From NCBI GenBank assembly GCA_938048185.1, contig CALIVT010000011.1, forward strand, positions 42,882 through 106,881: a DNA stretch of 64,000 nt, given 5' to 3'. Under the pieces are notes generated by a model. That model worked only from the letters and a program-made list of their open reading frames with translations, made no database searches and was not told where the DNA came from. Source of the DNA: an uncultured Arenicella sp. (GTDB lineage: Bacteria; Pseudomonadota; Gammaproteobacteria; Arenicellales; Arenicellaceae). Both the position numbers and the translations under genes were made by a program. Below, piece by piece: positions 39,042 through 48,752 of this stretch (positions within the stretch are counted from its first letter, which is position 1; every line of letters starts with the position of its first letter).

Positions 39042-40319
39042 ATGAATTCAAACGTGATAATTCGCATTTTTCTTGCGTTAACAACCAGCCTCATCTTGAG
39101 TATCGGCGCAAACGCGAAGGACTTGAGTGTTCGTAATGCTGAAAGTGTCGGAATGTCGTCAACTCGGTTATCTAAAGTAGACGATCTAGGTGCTCGCTAT
39201 ATTAGAGATGGCAATTATGCAGGGATTGTCACTCTGGTTGCTCGCAAAGGTAAAGTCGTACAGCATAAGGCACACGGGACGTACGGTGTAGCGAATAACA
39301 AACCGTTGGAAACCGACACCCTGTTTCGAATTTATTCGATGACCAAACCGATCACCGCGGTTGCGGCAATGATGCTGTATGAAGAGGGTAAGTTTCATAT
39401 GAACGACCCGGTGAGTAAGTACTTGCCGGAGTTTGCTGAGCAGAAAATATTAGTCAGTGATGAACTGGGTAATCCCAAACTGCGCGCACCGAAGTCACCA
39501 ATGACCCTGCGTCAATTATTTACTCACAGCGCTGGGCTTAGTTACGGTTTTACCGCGGATAACCCCGTTGACGTGGCCTATCAAAAAGCCAAGCTTTTCG
39601 AGAGCAAAAATCTAAGCGAATTTAGTCGCAGCGTGGCCGCCCTACCGTTGCGCTATGAGCCTGGAACTCGCTATCACTACAGCGTTAGCATGGATATTTT
39701 AGGCGCGGTAATCGAGAAACTGAGCGGCATGCCGTTAGACAAATTTTATAAGTCACGTATTTTCGACCCGCTAAAAATGCAGGATACGTTCTTCGAAATA
39801 CCCGTCAACAAGCTTGATCGTTTAGCCAGTGATCAGTTTTGGGATGAGCGCAGTAAACGTGTGATGGACATGCCGGCAGAGCAATCACGACAATATGACA
39901 AGGTTTCGCTGTTTATGGGTGGCGGCGGACTGATCTCAAGCGCCAACGATTATTTCCGGTTCGCACAAATGATCATCAATGGCGGCGAGCTCGACGGCAC
40001 GCGCATTTTAAGCCCCAAAACAATTCAATACCTAAGCTTAAACCATCTTAGTGACAAGGTTCGTAACGAGGGCGTGCACGACTTACATGCCGGGCAAAGT
40101 ATGGCGTTGGGGTTCGGCGTTGTTACCAACCCTGCAGCCATGCCGGCTGTATCATCCCTAGGCGAGCTGTCGTGGGCCGGTCTTGCGGGCACCAAATTTT
40201 GGATTGACCCGAAAGAGCAGCTGGTCGGCATTGCGCTTGTGCAACTCTATGGTGCACCCTGGCCTTTGCGCTTTGACATGAAAGCAGCGACGTATCAAGC
40301 AATCACCAACCTGCAATAA
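39042..40319 (+). CDS. Secreted serine hydrolase, beta-lactamase class C/EstB-like family
   Basis: Signal peptide, FRIYSMTKPIT (SxxK), LFTHSAG, YHYS, WAGLAGT. Confidence 0.9.
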   Translation: MNSNVIIRIFLALTTSLILSIGANAKDLSVRNAESVGMSSTRLSKVDDLGARYIRDGNYAGIVTLVARKGKVVQHKAHGTYGVANNKPLETDTLFRIYSMTKPITAVAAMMLYEEGKFHMNDPVSKYLPEFAEQKILVSDELGNPKLRAPKSPMTLRQLFTHSAGLSYGFTADNPVDVAYQKAKLFESKNLSEFSRSVAALPLRYEPGTRYHYSVSMDILGAVIEKLSGMPLDKFYKSRIFDPLKMQDTFFEIPVNKLDRLASDQFWDERSKRVMDMPAEQSRQYDKVSLFMGGGGLISSANDYFRFAQMIINGGELDGTRILSPKTIQYLSLNHLSDKVRNEGVHDLHAGQSMALGFGVVTNPAAMPAVSSLGELSWAGLAGTKFWIDPKEQLVGIALVQLYGAPWPLRFDMKAATYQAITNLQ

Positions 40320-40411
40320 GGCGTGCCAGACATCGACGCTCTCAGCGGTCTAGATAAAAGCCATTAGCGGCTTTAAGAATTAGTAACCATACGTTCCAGG
40401 GTGATTTAATC

Positions 40412-41227
40412 ATGGTCAGCAAAACCATCATCTTTTGCATATTAACCTCGTCATTGGTAAGTGCGGCAGGCACCGCACTTGTGTTATCAACGCTAAAAGG
40501 TGAGCCTCAGGTAGCCAAAGCGCGAATAAACGACTCTCAATTAGAGCAACGAATTTCTGAGCTGGAAGACCGTCTAGCAAACATTACCCAACAGAAATCG
40601 GTTGAACAAGCACCGCCCATCAACGTTATTGCTCAAGCGCCCGCACGCTCAACGACTGCTCCACAAACAACTGCACAGACCGAAACCACGCCCTCGTTCG
40701 ACGAATTACGCGAACGCCGGCGAGAGCAACGCATTGCTCAATTGCAACCTACGTATCGCGCTCAACAGTTTGTAAAGGCTGGTTTTGCCGAGGAAGAAGC
40801 CGCGCGCATTGTACAGTTAGAGGCGCGAGAATCGCTACGACAACTAAACGCGCAGTACCAAGCCCGCCGGCAACAGTTAGAGGGGCAAGACAGTTCACTT
40901 GCCAGCACTAACCCGATTCGAGCGGAACTCGGTGATGAAAATTATGAACGTTATTTGGAAGCAAATGGTTGGCCAACTAAAGCGTCTGTCGGTTCTGTAA
41001 TTGGCGGCTCTCCCGGCGAAAATGCTGGACTGAGAGCGGGCGACAATATCGTTTCATACGCCGGTGAACGAGTGTTCAATCTTGGTGACGTAAACCTACT
41101 TACCGCCCAAGGGCGCGTCGGTCAAAATGTTCTAATAGAAGTTGAGCGCGAGGGCGAAACTCTGCAACTATCAATCCCGCGCGGGCCGATTGGCGTAAAT
41201 TCAGGGCGGCGCGGGTTTCGACGCTAA
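40412..41227 (+). CDS. Membrane-anchored PDZ-domain protein
   Basis: N-terminal hydrophobic helix and coiled coil; C-terminal VIGGSPGENAGLRAGDNIVSYAG PDZ motif. Confidence 0.8.
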   Translation: MVSKTIIFCILTSSLVSAAGTALVLSTLKGEPQVAKARINDSQLEQRISELEDRLANITQQKSVEQAPPINVIAQAPARSTTAPQTTAQTETTPSFDELRERRREQRIAQLQPTYRAQQFVKAGFAEEEAARIVQLEARESLRQLNAQYQARRQQLEGQDSSLASTNPIRAELGDENYERYLEANGWPTKASVGSVIGGSPGENAGLRAGDNIVSYAGERVFNLGDVNLLTAQGRVGQNVLIEVEREGETLQLSIPRGPIGVNSGRRGFRR

Positions 41228-41240
41228 GTCTTAGGCTTTT

Positions 41241-41954
41241 TCAACCTTCATCAGTGTTATCAGGCGTCTTGTCTATGCTTAGCTTTAACGGCTCGCTGTC
41301 ACACCGAAAAAAGTAAACGGTGTTACTTGAAACATCATCCTGCGCTCGCTCTCGTTGCTGCTTAAAGCAAATATCGCCATTTGAAGAATTAGAACGTGCA
41401 TACAGATCACCTAAACGATCTTGGTAGCTTTCGAATTTACTGCGCCGACGAATATTCCTATTTCGATTAAAGGTTCGCGCAAAACGCTCGACCGCATGCG
41501 AATTCTGTTCAGCATAACGAACGGCTTCGCGTTTTGCGAACAATCTCAGACTGGCGAAGTCAAAGCTGATCGTGGGTTTTTGATCACCCTTGTCACTTGA
41601 GCCTTGAGTTTCATTCTCGCTAACGGGCTCGGCATTTGCTTGAGCGGGCTCGACCGGTTCACTCACTAACGAATCCTCGCCTTTCTCGATGCTGGTTGAG
41701 CCCAATGACGGGTCAGCCAAGTCAGGAATATTAGCAGGCAATGGTAACTGTTGATTCAGGCTTTGCTCAAACGTCTCTACTTCCTCTACTTTTTTCAGAA
41801 ACACCGTCAGACTCGCACCTCGGTCAACACTTGGGATCATCAATTTGGGAATACTCGGCAGTAAGAATGCCAACGCGATGTGTAAAAAAAGCGCCGCAGT
41901 CAGCGCTTTTTTGAAATGATGGTGCTGCTCGGAGATATCAGCAGTAAGCTGCAT
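41241..41954 (-). CDS. Hypothetical membrane-anchored protein (TonB-like N-terminal anchor and acidic/Pro linker)
   Basis: ALTAALFLHIALAFLL TM segment with conserved-looking His, E/P-rich linker, C-terminal domain with two Cys. No family recognised. Confidence 0.55.
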   Translation of the reverse strand: MQLTADISEQHHHFKKALTAALFLHIALAFLLPSIPKLMIPSVDRGASLTVFLKKVEEVETFEQSLNQQLPLPANIPDLADPSLGSTSIEKGEDSLVSEPVEPAQANAEPVSENETQGSSDKGDQKPTISFDFASLRLFAKREAVRYAEQNSHAVERFARTFNRNRNIRRRSKFESYQDRLGDLYARSNSSNGDICFKQQRERAQDDVSSNTVYFFRCDSEPLKLSIDKTPDNTDEG

Positions 41955-42039
41955 CGGGTTGCTCGTGCTGTTTAGAGGTGGAAGTACTATCCTTAGACCG
42001 AGTATATCGACAAGCTATTGCCATATTGAATTGCATGCC

Positions 42040-42654
42040 CTACTTCGGCCTACGAGCAAAAAGTTGCTCACCAAGATCGGAGTATTTTGCCCCACCTAAA
42101 CGAGACAACGGGTTCAAGCCAGGTGCGTCTAATTGAAAGCGCCCCTTCTCATGCGGTACCACTAAGTCGTCATTGACCTCAAGCTTAATAATTTCACCGT
42201 AGATTACGGCTTGCGGAACTGCGCCAACCTCGTCAATACGATACAACTCGCAGGCCATAGCCACGTCGCAGCCAGCAATGCGCGGCAAACTGAAACCTTC
42301 AAATTCAGCTAAGTCTAAGCCGGCAACATCAATTTCTGACTCACCATGAGCAAAGGTTCCTGACGTTGCGTTCACCTGATCTAGGTGGCGAGCACTTGGA
42401 ATATGCACAACGAACTTCTTGCGTTCGCGGATATTAACGCGAGTGTCTTTTTCATATTCGGCGTCTTTCTTACCGATTGACATGATCAATAACGGAGGAT
42501 CGCTCGCGATGCCAGTGAAAAACGAGAACGGAGCAACATTGTATGAAGCATCTCCGTTGTCGGACAGCACCCACGCAATAGGCCGAGGGATAATTGTCTC
42601 AACCATTGCGCCGTAACGCTGATTGGGGGTCATTTTTTTAAAATCTAATTGCAT
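42040..42654 (-). CDS. Flavin reductase family protein (DIM6/NtaB-like)
   Basis: PRPIAWV, NVAPFSFF, KDTRVNI, PLSRLGG. Start 42654 or 42678. Confidence 0.9.
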   Translation of the reverse strand: MQLDFKKMTPNQRYGAMVETIIPRPIAWVLSDNGDASYNVAPFSFFTGIASDPPLLIMSIGKKDAEYEKDTRVNIRERKKFVVHIPSARHLDQVNATSGTFAHGESEIDVAGLDLAEFEGFSLPRIAGCDVAMACELYRIDEVGAVPQAVIYGEIIKLEVNDDLVVPHEKGRFQLDAPGLNPLSRLGGAKYSDLGEQLFARRPK

Positions 42655-42694
42655 GTCTTTAGTAATCCGATACCACACGGTTGAGAATAGCTAC

Positions 42695-43273
42695 TCAATT
42701 GAGATAACTTTCTTTAAAGTGACGCCGACACAGTGAGACATAACGTTCATTGCCGCCAATCTCAACTTGCGACCCTTGGCGCATCGCCTTGCCACTTGCA
42801 TCAACCCGTACCACCATATTAGCTTTTGAGCCGCAATGACAGATGGTTTTCAGCTCTTGCAATACGTCGGCCCACGCTAACAGCGCTTTACTACCGGGAA
42901 AGAGTTGCCCTTGAAAGTCAGTTCGAATACCGTAACACAACACCGGTATGGATAAGGTGTCGCATACATCGCTAAGTTGCCAAACTTGCTCTTCCGACAA
43001 AAACTGTGCCTCGTCAACTAATAAACAGTCTATGTGTTTCGCTTGGTGCCTTAATCGAACATGCTCTAATAAATCATCATCAGCGTGAAATAAGTCAGCC
43101 TCTTGCGACAAACCAATGCGCGAGCTGACCTTGCCTTGCCCATAACGATCGTCGAACGCCGCGGTCAGTAGCAGCGTATGCATACCGCGCTCGCGATAGT
43201 TAAAGCTCGATTGCAAAAGCGTGGTCGACTTGCCCGCGTTCATTGTTGAGTAATAAAAATACAACTTAGCCAC
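42695..43273 (-). CDS. tdk: Thymidine kinase
   Basis: [45 protein letters not shown]. Confidence 0.97.
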   Translation of the reverse strand: MAKLYFYYSTMNAGKSTTLLQSSFNYRERGMHTLLLTAAFDDRYGQGKVSSRIGLSQEADLFHADDDLLEHVRLRHQAKHIDCLLVDEAQFLSEEQVWQLSDVCDTLSIPVLCYGIRTDFQGQLFPGSKALLAWADVLQELKTICHCGSKANMVVRVDASGKAMRQGSQVEIGGNERYVSLCRRHFKESYLN

Positions 43274-44258
43274 GATTACCTCCGCCGTGGTGCGTTTTGG
43301 AATTCAAAATCGTATTCATAAAACAATTTAGTACTCGCTCTGAGTCTACTTGTTTTGCCACCGCTATCGACGGGCGACCTTGCCAATGGTCAAACAACTC
43401 AGGCGAGGTTCGATCAAAGCGATCTAACACTAGCGCGCCAACAGCGACGCCATCATTCACCACTCGCGCCGGTCCTGAAACCAGTTCAAACGCCGAGCGC
43501 TCGACCAAGTAGGCCAGCGCACTGGCATCGTGCATCGCACACTGACGCTTACCTCCGTACTCCTTCGTGGTGCTATAAAAATCAATATAGTAACGACTGC
43601 TGTCCCAAATAAATTGGCCCATCGCACCGGCCGAATCGCGCAGCAACGCGAAATGTTCATCGGTTAACGGAACTTGCAGCGTCACGTCTAGCCCAATAAC
43701 AGCTAAAGGCCAATCATAGGCACAAACAACATCGGCCGCATGCGGGTCGTTGACGAAATTAGCCTCGGCCAGCGGAGTGACATTGCCAGGCACATCGAGC
43801 GCTCCCCCCATGACCACTAGCTCTTTCACTTTAGACGGCAAAGACGGGTCCAACATCACCGCTTGAGCGATGTTGGTCAGTGGGCCAATGGCGACTAGAC
43901 TCACCTCACCGGGCCGCTGATTTACGTTGCGAATAATAAATTCTGCGGCACTTTCATCACGCGCCACTGAACGCGGTGGCGGTAAATTAAGGTCACCCAT
44001 GCCGTCAGCACCGTGTACAAAATCGGGTGATGGCATGCGCGCTTGACTTAATGGCTCGGCAGCGCCCCTCGCCACTGGTATGTCGGCTCGGCTATAGTGT
44101 TCTAAGACGACAAGCGCGTTGCCAGTGGTAATATCCACGCTCGCATTACCAAACACCGTGGTTAAACCAAGTAAGTTGATGTCTGGATGACTAAGCGCGA
44201 AGGCGATCGCCTGTGCGTCATCTATACCCGGGTCGGTATCAAGAATTACGTTATGCAT
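43266..44258 (-). CDS. Nucleoside hydrolase (IUNH/Rih family)
   Basis: [32 protein letters not shown] (catalytic His retained). Confidence 0.95.
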   Translation of the reverse strand: MHNVILDTDPGIDDAQAIAFALSHPDINLLGLTTVFGNASVDITTGNALVVLEHYSRADIPVARGAAEPLSQARMPSPDFVHGADGMGDLNLPPPRSVARDESAAEFIIRNVNQRPGEVSLVAIGPLTNIAQAVMLDPSLPSKVKELVVMGGALDVPGNVTPLAEANFVNDPHAADVVCAYDWPLAVIGLDVTLQVPLTDEHFALLRDSAGAMGQFIWDSSRYYIDFYSTTKEYGGKRQCAMHDASALAYLVERSAFELVSGPARVVNDGVAVGALVLDRFDRTSPELFDHWQGRPSIAVAKQVDSERVLNCFMNTILNSKTHHGGGNRG

Positions 44259-44276
44259 AAAGTAGAATCAAATAGT

Positions 44277-45155
44277 TTAGACGTGCAAATCAGCCAGCCA
44301 CGGAATTGATGGGATAGCGCCTGCGCGAGTAACCGCTAGGCTGCCCGCTTGGCACGCTTGGTTTAACGCCGCTTGCTCACCCAAGCCGTTTATAAGCCCA
44401 GCCAAAAGATAACCAACAAAGGTATCGCCAGCACCGGTGGTATCGACCACCTCGAGAGTACTCGCGTTGGCGGCGAAGCGTTCGCCTTGATAAGCTGAGA
44501 TCGCGCCCTTGCTCCCAAGCGTAATGACCACTCGCGTATTCGGCAGGCGAGCCGATAGCGCGTTCATCGCGGCATCGATATCGTCTAATTCGCTAATCAT
44601 CTGCGCCTCAATCTGATTGACCACTAAGGTATCGAGCTGCGCAAGCGGTAAGTGGTTTATCGCCTGCGTCATCGGCGCAGGATTAAGTACGATCCTTAAA
44701 CCTTTAGCCTGACCCAGCTCAAATATTTGCTCAATCAAATTACATTCGTTTTGTAATAGTAGATAGTCGCCCACGCTTGCTTTTTCTAGCGCTGAGCGTA
44801 CCTTCGCTTTAATAAAGCCTTGGTTGGCGCCGCCGTGCAACACGATTGCATTTTCGCCCTGCGTGTCGACTTGAATGATTGCATGTCCGCTCGGCTCATC
44901 GCACAGCTCAATATGGTCAGCACCCACCGAATTCTCCAGTAGCAGTGCATGAGCCCATTCATCGGCTTTGTTCAAACGGCCAATATGCTGAACCGCGATA
45001 CCAGCTCGCGCTAGCGCAATTGATTGGTTTGCGCCCTTTCCGCCAAGCACAGTCTGTAGCGAGCCGCTAAGCAATGTCTCGCCGGGTTGCACAAAGTGAG
45101 GCACCTGATAAACATAATCAATGTTAATTGAGCCAACGTTATAGACAATCGTCAT
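44277..45155 (-). CDS. rbsK: Ribokinase
   Basis: GSINID, GGKGANQ, GGAN, LLQNE, NPAP, DTTGAGDTFVG PfkB signature. Confidence 0.92.
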   Translation of the reverse strand: MTIVYNVGSINIDYVYQVPHFVQPGETLLSGSLQTVLGGKGANQSIALARAGIAVQHIGRLNKADEWAHALLLENSVGADHIELCDEPSGHAIIQVDTQGENAIVLHGGANQGFIKAKVRSALEKASVGDYLLLQNECNLIEQIFELGQAKGLRIVLNPAPMTQAINHLPLAQLDTLVVNQIEAQMISELDDIDAAMNALSARLPNTRVVITLGSKGAISAYQGERFAANASTLEVVDTTGAGDTFVGYLLAGLINGLGEQAALNQACQAGSLAVTRAGAIPSIPWLADLHV

Positions 45156-46066
45156 TACTTCGCCAAACCTATTTCTTTTAAGCGTTGCTGTAAAAATTTA
45201 CCCGCGGTAATCGGTGCATATTGTCTTGGGTGGCGCGCGTCGATGCACTGCGGCAAACAATCAAGAGACACCTCGGGACTGGGGTGCATAAAAAACGGGA
45301 TAGAGTATCTACTAACACGTGCCTGGTTAGCCTTGGGGTTGACGACTCGATGTGTGGTCGAACGCAAGGTGTTGTTGGTAAGCCGTTGCAACATATCACC
45401 GACATTGCAAATGATAGTGCCCTCAATCATATTGATCGGTACCCACTCTCCCTGCTTGCTGAGTACCTCTAAGCCGTCTTGTTCCGAACCCGCAAGCAAT
45501 GTTAATAAGTTAATATCTTCATGAGCGGCTGCGCGTAAGTTCGGCAGCTCGCCGTCGAGAACAGGCGGATAATGCAATATTCTGAGAATAGCCTCACCAT
45601 GTTCGACTCGCGCGTTAAAGTAGTCGGCAGGCAAGCCCAGTATGGCGGCGAAAACGCGCAGCACTCGACGCGCTAAGTCGTCTAAGTCGGCATAGAGCGC
45701 CTCAAAAGTCTTTCGGAAATCATCATCACCCTCGGGCCATACATTCTGATCCAAATAGTCATGGTTCGCAGACTCGCGACCCACATGGAAGAACTCTTTC
45801 AAATCGCTGTGTGCGGCGCCTTTGGCTCTCTCAATACCGAACGGAATATAACCTCGAACTCGACCTTCGTAACGCAGCTTTTCGATGGTCGGCAGCGCGA
45901 AGAAACGCCGTGACGCCTGCCACGCTGACTCAATCAGTTGTGGGTCTAAGCCATGCCCGCTAATGCCAGCAAAGCCCCACTCTTGATACGCGGCCTTGAA
46001 GTCCGCTAAAAAGTGATCGCGGTCGGTGTCGAAACGCCGAATGTCTAAAATTGGGACGATGTGCAT
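45155..46066 (-). CDS. Isopenicillin-N-synthase-like Fe(II)/2OG dioxygenase
   Basis: DIOX_N-type N-terminus (WGFAGISGHG, FFALP, RGY), HED iron motif (AAHEDINLLTLL), THRVVNP, RYSIPFF. Confidence 0.93.
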   Translation of the reverse strand: MHIVPILDIRRFDTDRDHFLADFKAAYQEWGFAGISGHGLDPQLIESAWQASRRFFALPTIEKLRYEGRVRGYIPFGIERAKGAAHSDLKEFFHVGRESANHDYLDQNVWPEGDDDFRKTFEALYADLDDLARRVLRVFAAILGLPADYFNARVEHGEAILRILHYPPVLDGELPNLRAAAHEDINLLTLLAGSEQDGLEVLSKQGEWVPINMIEGTIICNVGDMLQRLTNNTLRSTTHRVVNPKANQARVSRYSIPFFMHPSPEVSLDCLPQCIDARHPRQYAPITAGKFLQQRLKEIGLAK

Positions 46067-46099
46067 AAATCAAAAATCAAATACGAAAAGTGTCTTTCT

Positions 46100-47353
46100 C
46101 TATAGCGGCGCGATTGCTTGCATAAGCAAACCACAAAGCCAGGCGCCATAGGTACCGAGCACATAACCAAATACGGCCAGCAACACGCCAACAGGCGCTA
46201 ACGCCGGGTGAAACGCAGCGGCTAATACCGGCGCTGAAGCCGCGCCACCAATATTCGCTTTGCTGCCAATGGCGAGAAAAAAATAAGGTGCACGAATAAT
46301 CTTTGCAACGATCACGAGTATAACAATATGAAAAAGCATCCAAATACCGCCGACCACAAACAAACCAGGATGATCACCGAGCGCCCGAATATCCATTTTC
46401 ATACCAATGGTCGCGACCAAGATAAAAATAAATATTGTGCCTATTTTTGACGCCCCTGCGCCCTCGTACTCGCGCACGTTAGTAAAAGACAAAATCACCC
46501 CTATGGTAGTCGCTAGCACGATTAGCCAGAAGAACTTTGAGGTTAAACTGAACTTAGCCAGCTCCGGGGCATTTGTTTGAATCGACGGCGCGATAATATC
46601 CGCCATAAAGTGCGAAAACCCGGTCGCCGCAAACGCGATTCCCAACATCACCATTAAATCAGACGTTGTCGGGTTTCTGGCAATACGCTTGCCGTAATGC
46701 TCCATTTTCTCTTGCAGACGCTGAACCGAGCTAGCGTCGGCGTTAAAGAAACGGTCAATCTTGTCTTTCTTGCCAATGCCGATCAGTAAAAAGACCATCC
46801 ACACTTCAGCCACGATAATGTCAACCGTGATCATTATGCCGAATAGCGTCTCTGATGGCTTAAAGACTTCATACATCGCAGCCTGATTCGCACCACCGCC
46901 GATCCAGCTGCCCGCGACCGTTGTCATGCCACGCCAAACGGCTTCAGGGCCCGCACCGCCAACTAATTCAGGGTTGAACGCAGAGGTAATTAGAATAGCA
47001 ACTGGCCCGCCAATAATGACACCAAGCGTCGCAGTAAAGAACATAACCAGTGGTTTGTAACCAAGCTTGGCAATTTCTTTTAAATCAACACTCAACGTCA
47101 ACAGGATTAGGCAGGCGGGTAATAAATAGCGCGACGCCATGTAATAGAGTTGCGAATTTTCGCCATCAACAATACCAAATGTGTTGAGCAAAGACGGTAG
47201 GAAATAACACAGCAATAACATGGGCACTATGCTGTAAAACTTCTTTAGGCTAGGGTTAGCGCTATTTGACGTTTTAAAGACTAAAGCCAATATTGCCAAC
47301 AAAAGGCCAAGTATGACCGCGTCGTTCGTGATTAAGGCTGTAGAATGTTGCAT
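46100..47353 (-). CDS. DUF819 family polytopic membrane protein (putative transporter)
   Basis: LLPACLILLTL, AGSWIGGGANQAA, SKANIGGAASAP; about 11 hydrophobic segments. Start taken at ATG 47353. Confidence 0.85.
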   Translation of the reverse strand: MQHSTALITNDAVILGLLLAILALVFKTSNSANPSLKKFYSIVPMLLLCYFLPSLLNTFGIVDGENSQLYYMASRYLLPACLILLTLSVDLKEIAKLGYKPLVMFFTATLGVIIGGPVAILITSAFNPELVGGAGPEAVWRGMTTVAGSWIGGGANQAAMYEVFKPSETLFGIMITVDIIVAEVWMVFLLIGIGKKDKIDRFFNADASSVQRLQEKMEHYGKRIARNPTTSDLMVMLGIAFAATGFSHFMADIIAPSIQTNAPELAKFSLTSKFFWLIVLATTIGVILSFTNVREYEGAGASKIGTIFIFILVATIGMKMDIRALGDHPGLFVVGGIWMLFHIVILVIVAKIIRAPYFFLAIGSKANIGGAASAPVLAAAFHPALAPVGVLLAVFGYVLGTYGAWLCGLLMQAIAPL

Positions 47354-47500
47354 GCTTATAGTTAAGTTGTCTCGACGATTTAGAATAACGTAAGTCGACC
47401 TAGATGTGCCCATTTTTTAATAGCACGCAGCATAAACAAACTGGCAACCGAGCGCGTAGTTCTAACATTGCACTCAACAACACATTACTGGAAGGAAAAA

Positions 47501-48062
47501 ATGACGATTCGAAAGACTGTTTTACTCTGCTTTATGTGCATTTTTGATCGCGTGCACGTCCGTCGAACCAACGCAGAACCAATTTGAAGAAAGTAAGCAA
47601 CGCCAGTTTTTCGAAGGTTTAAAAAAACTATGCGGTAAACACTTCGAAGGCAAAATGACCTACCCTGAAGAAGGGCAAGACAGCTTCGCCGGTAAAGTTC
47701 TGGTCGCGCGCTTTATGGAGTGTGGTAATCCCGATATCAGAATTCCGTTTGACGTCGGCAAAGACACATCAAGAACATGGATTATCAGTCAAACAGCGAA
47801 CGGCCTGCAGCTTAAACACGACCACCGCCACGCGGACGGTACGCCGGATGAAATTAATATGTACGGCGGCTTAGCAAAAAGCGACGGCAGTCATTTATCC
47901 CAAGCCTTCTACGCCGACGCGCACACCGCAGCTATTATTCCCGCGGCGGCTACTAACGTATGGACGCTGTCGCTCAGCGCGGACGGACAAACGTTAACGT
48001 ACTATCTAGAGCGCAACGCGGCGCCGAGATTTAAAGCGGTTTTAAAACAAGTGAAAAATTAG
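47501..48062 (+). pseudogene. Lipoprotein gene with an apparent one-base frameshift in the signal peptide (or a sequencing error)
   Basis: RBS GGAAGG and ATG 47501 open a frame that stops after 28 codons. The 172-aa ORF from TTG 47544 with lipobox LIAC is in another frame. Removing one T at 47520-47523 gives MTIRKTVYSALCAFLIAC. Confidence 0.55.
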
Positions 48063-48064
48063 GT

Positions 48065-48613
48065 TTAGCTTTTCCATTTAGCCCAAGGGTTTGCTGAGCC
48101 CGACGATGTAGAAGGCTCTTTACTTGCTGAGGGCTCTTTACCCGCTGAGGGCTCTTTATTCGCTGAGGGCTCTTTACGTCCCCACGGGGATTGGTCGGAA
48201 GAAGGTTTCTTCTTGGCTGGCGTATCTCTGCGTGACTTTGTTTTCGCTTGCTTAAAAACCGGGCCAGAGATTGGATCGTCAAAGAACTCTCTGTCGCTCT
48301 CGGTGATGATCGCGGGTAACTGAGGCTCTAAACCATCAGCAAAGGTCCGCTCTCGGGGCGGCAGCTCGTGTTGCTCATCGTCGGGAATGGGTAATTGCTT
48401 GAACTTATACAAATAGAACGCTTCGGTTTTTTCTCTCGCCCACGCCGTTTTATGCAAAAACTTGTGGCTTGACGCGATGCTCGGCTTATTCTTGAAACAA
48501 TTTATATTCAACTGTGCTGCCAATACTTCCCAGCCATAATGCTCAACTAATTCGGTTACAAGCGCCTTTACGCCCACGCCATGCAGGGGGTTGTTTCGGT
48601 CTTGGTTTGTCAT
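48065..48613 (-). CDS. VF530/DUF2132 family putative DNA-binding protein with C-terminal repeat tail
   Basis: NNPLHGV...[10 protein letters not shown]...INCF...[21 protein letters not shown]. Confidence 0.88.
   Translation of the reverse strand: MTNQDRNNPLHGVGVKALVTELVEHYGWEVLAAQLNINCFKNKPSIASSHKFLHKTAWAREKTEAFYLYKFKQLPIPDDEQHELPPRERTFADGLEPQLPAIITESDREFFDDPISGPVFKQAKTKSRRDTPAKKKPSSDQSPWGRKEPSANKEPSAGKEPSASKEPSTSSGSANPWAKWKS
48108..48179. repeat. Four-copy 18-bp coding tandem repeat (KEPSA-type)
   Basis: GCTGAGGGCTCTTTANNN units at 48126, 48144 and 48162, plus a degenerate unit at 48108. Encodes [24 protein letters not shown]. Confidence 0.95.
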
Positions 48614-48752
48614 AAATATTGGCTCTCAAGGGCGCGTATCAAATTGTTTGCTAGACTACCACATCGCGGCTTAGATCAGTCGTTTCAACGCTGTTTTCAG
48701 TGTAAACTCCGACCCTCACCCAGTACTTATTTCACCTACCTTTACGCATCTC

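Noticed and set aside
39042-40319. Antibiotic-resistance beta-lactamase
   Set aside because: The SMTK and WAG motifs fit the broad EstB-like esterase/amidase group rather than AmpC, and there is no mobile context.
45155-46066. Beta-lactam (IPNS) or flavonoid biosynthesis
   Set aside because: Family-level fold only. There is no ACV synthetase or other biosynthetic gene, and the context is nucleoside salvage.
48108-48179. CRISPR-like array
   Set aside because: The units are contiguous 18-bp in-frame coding repeats without spacers, and no cas genes are present. The same applies to the 16-bp duplication at 53005.
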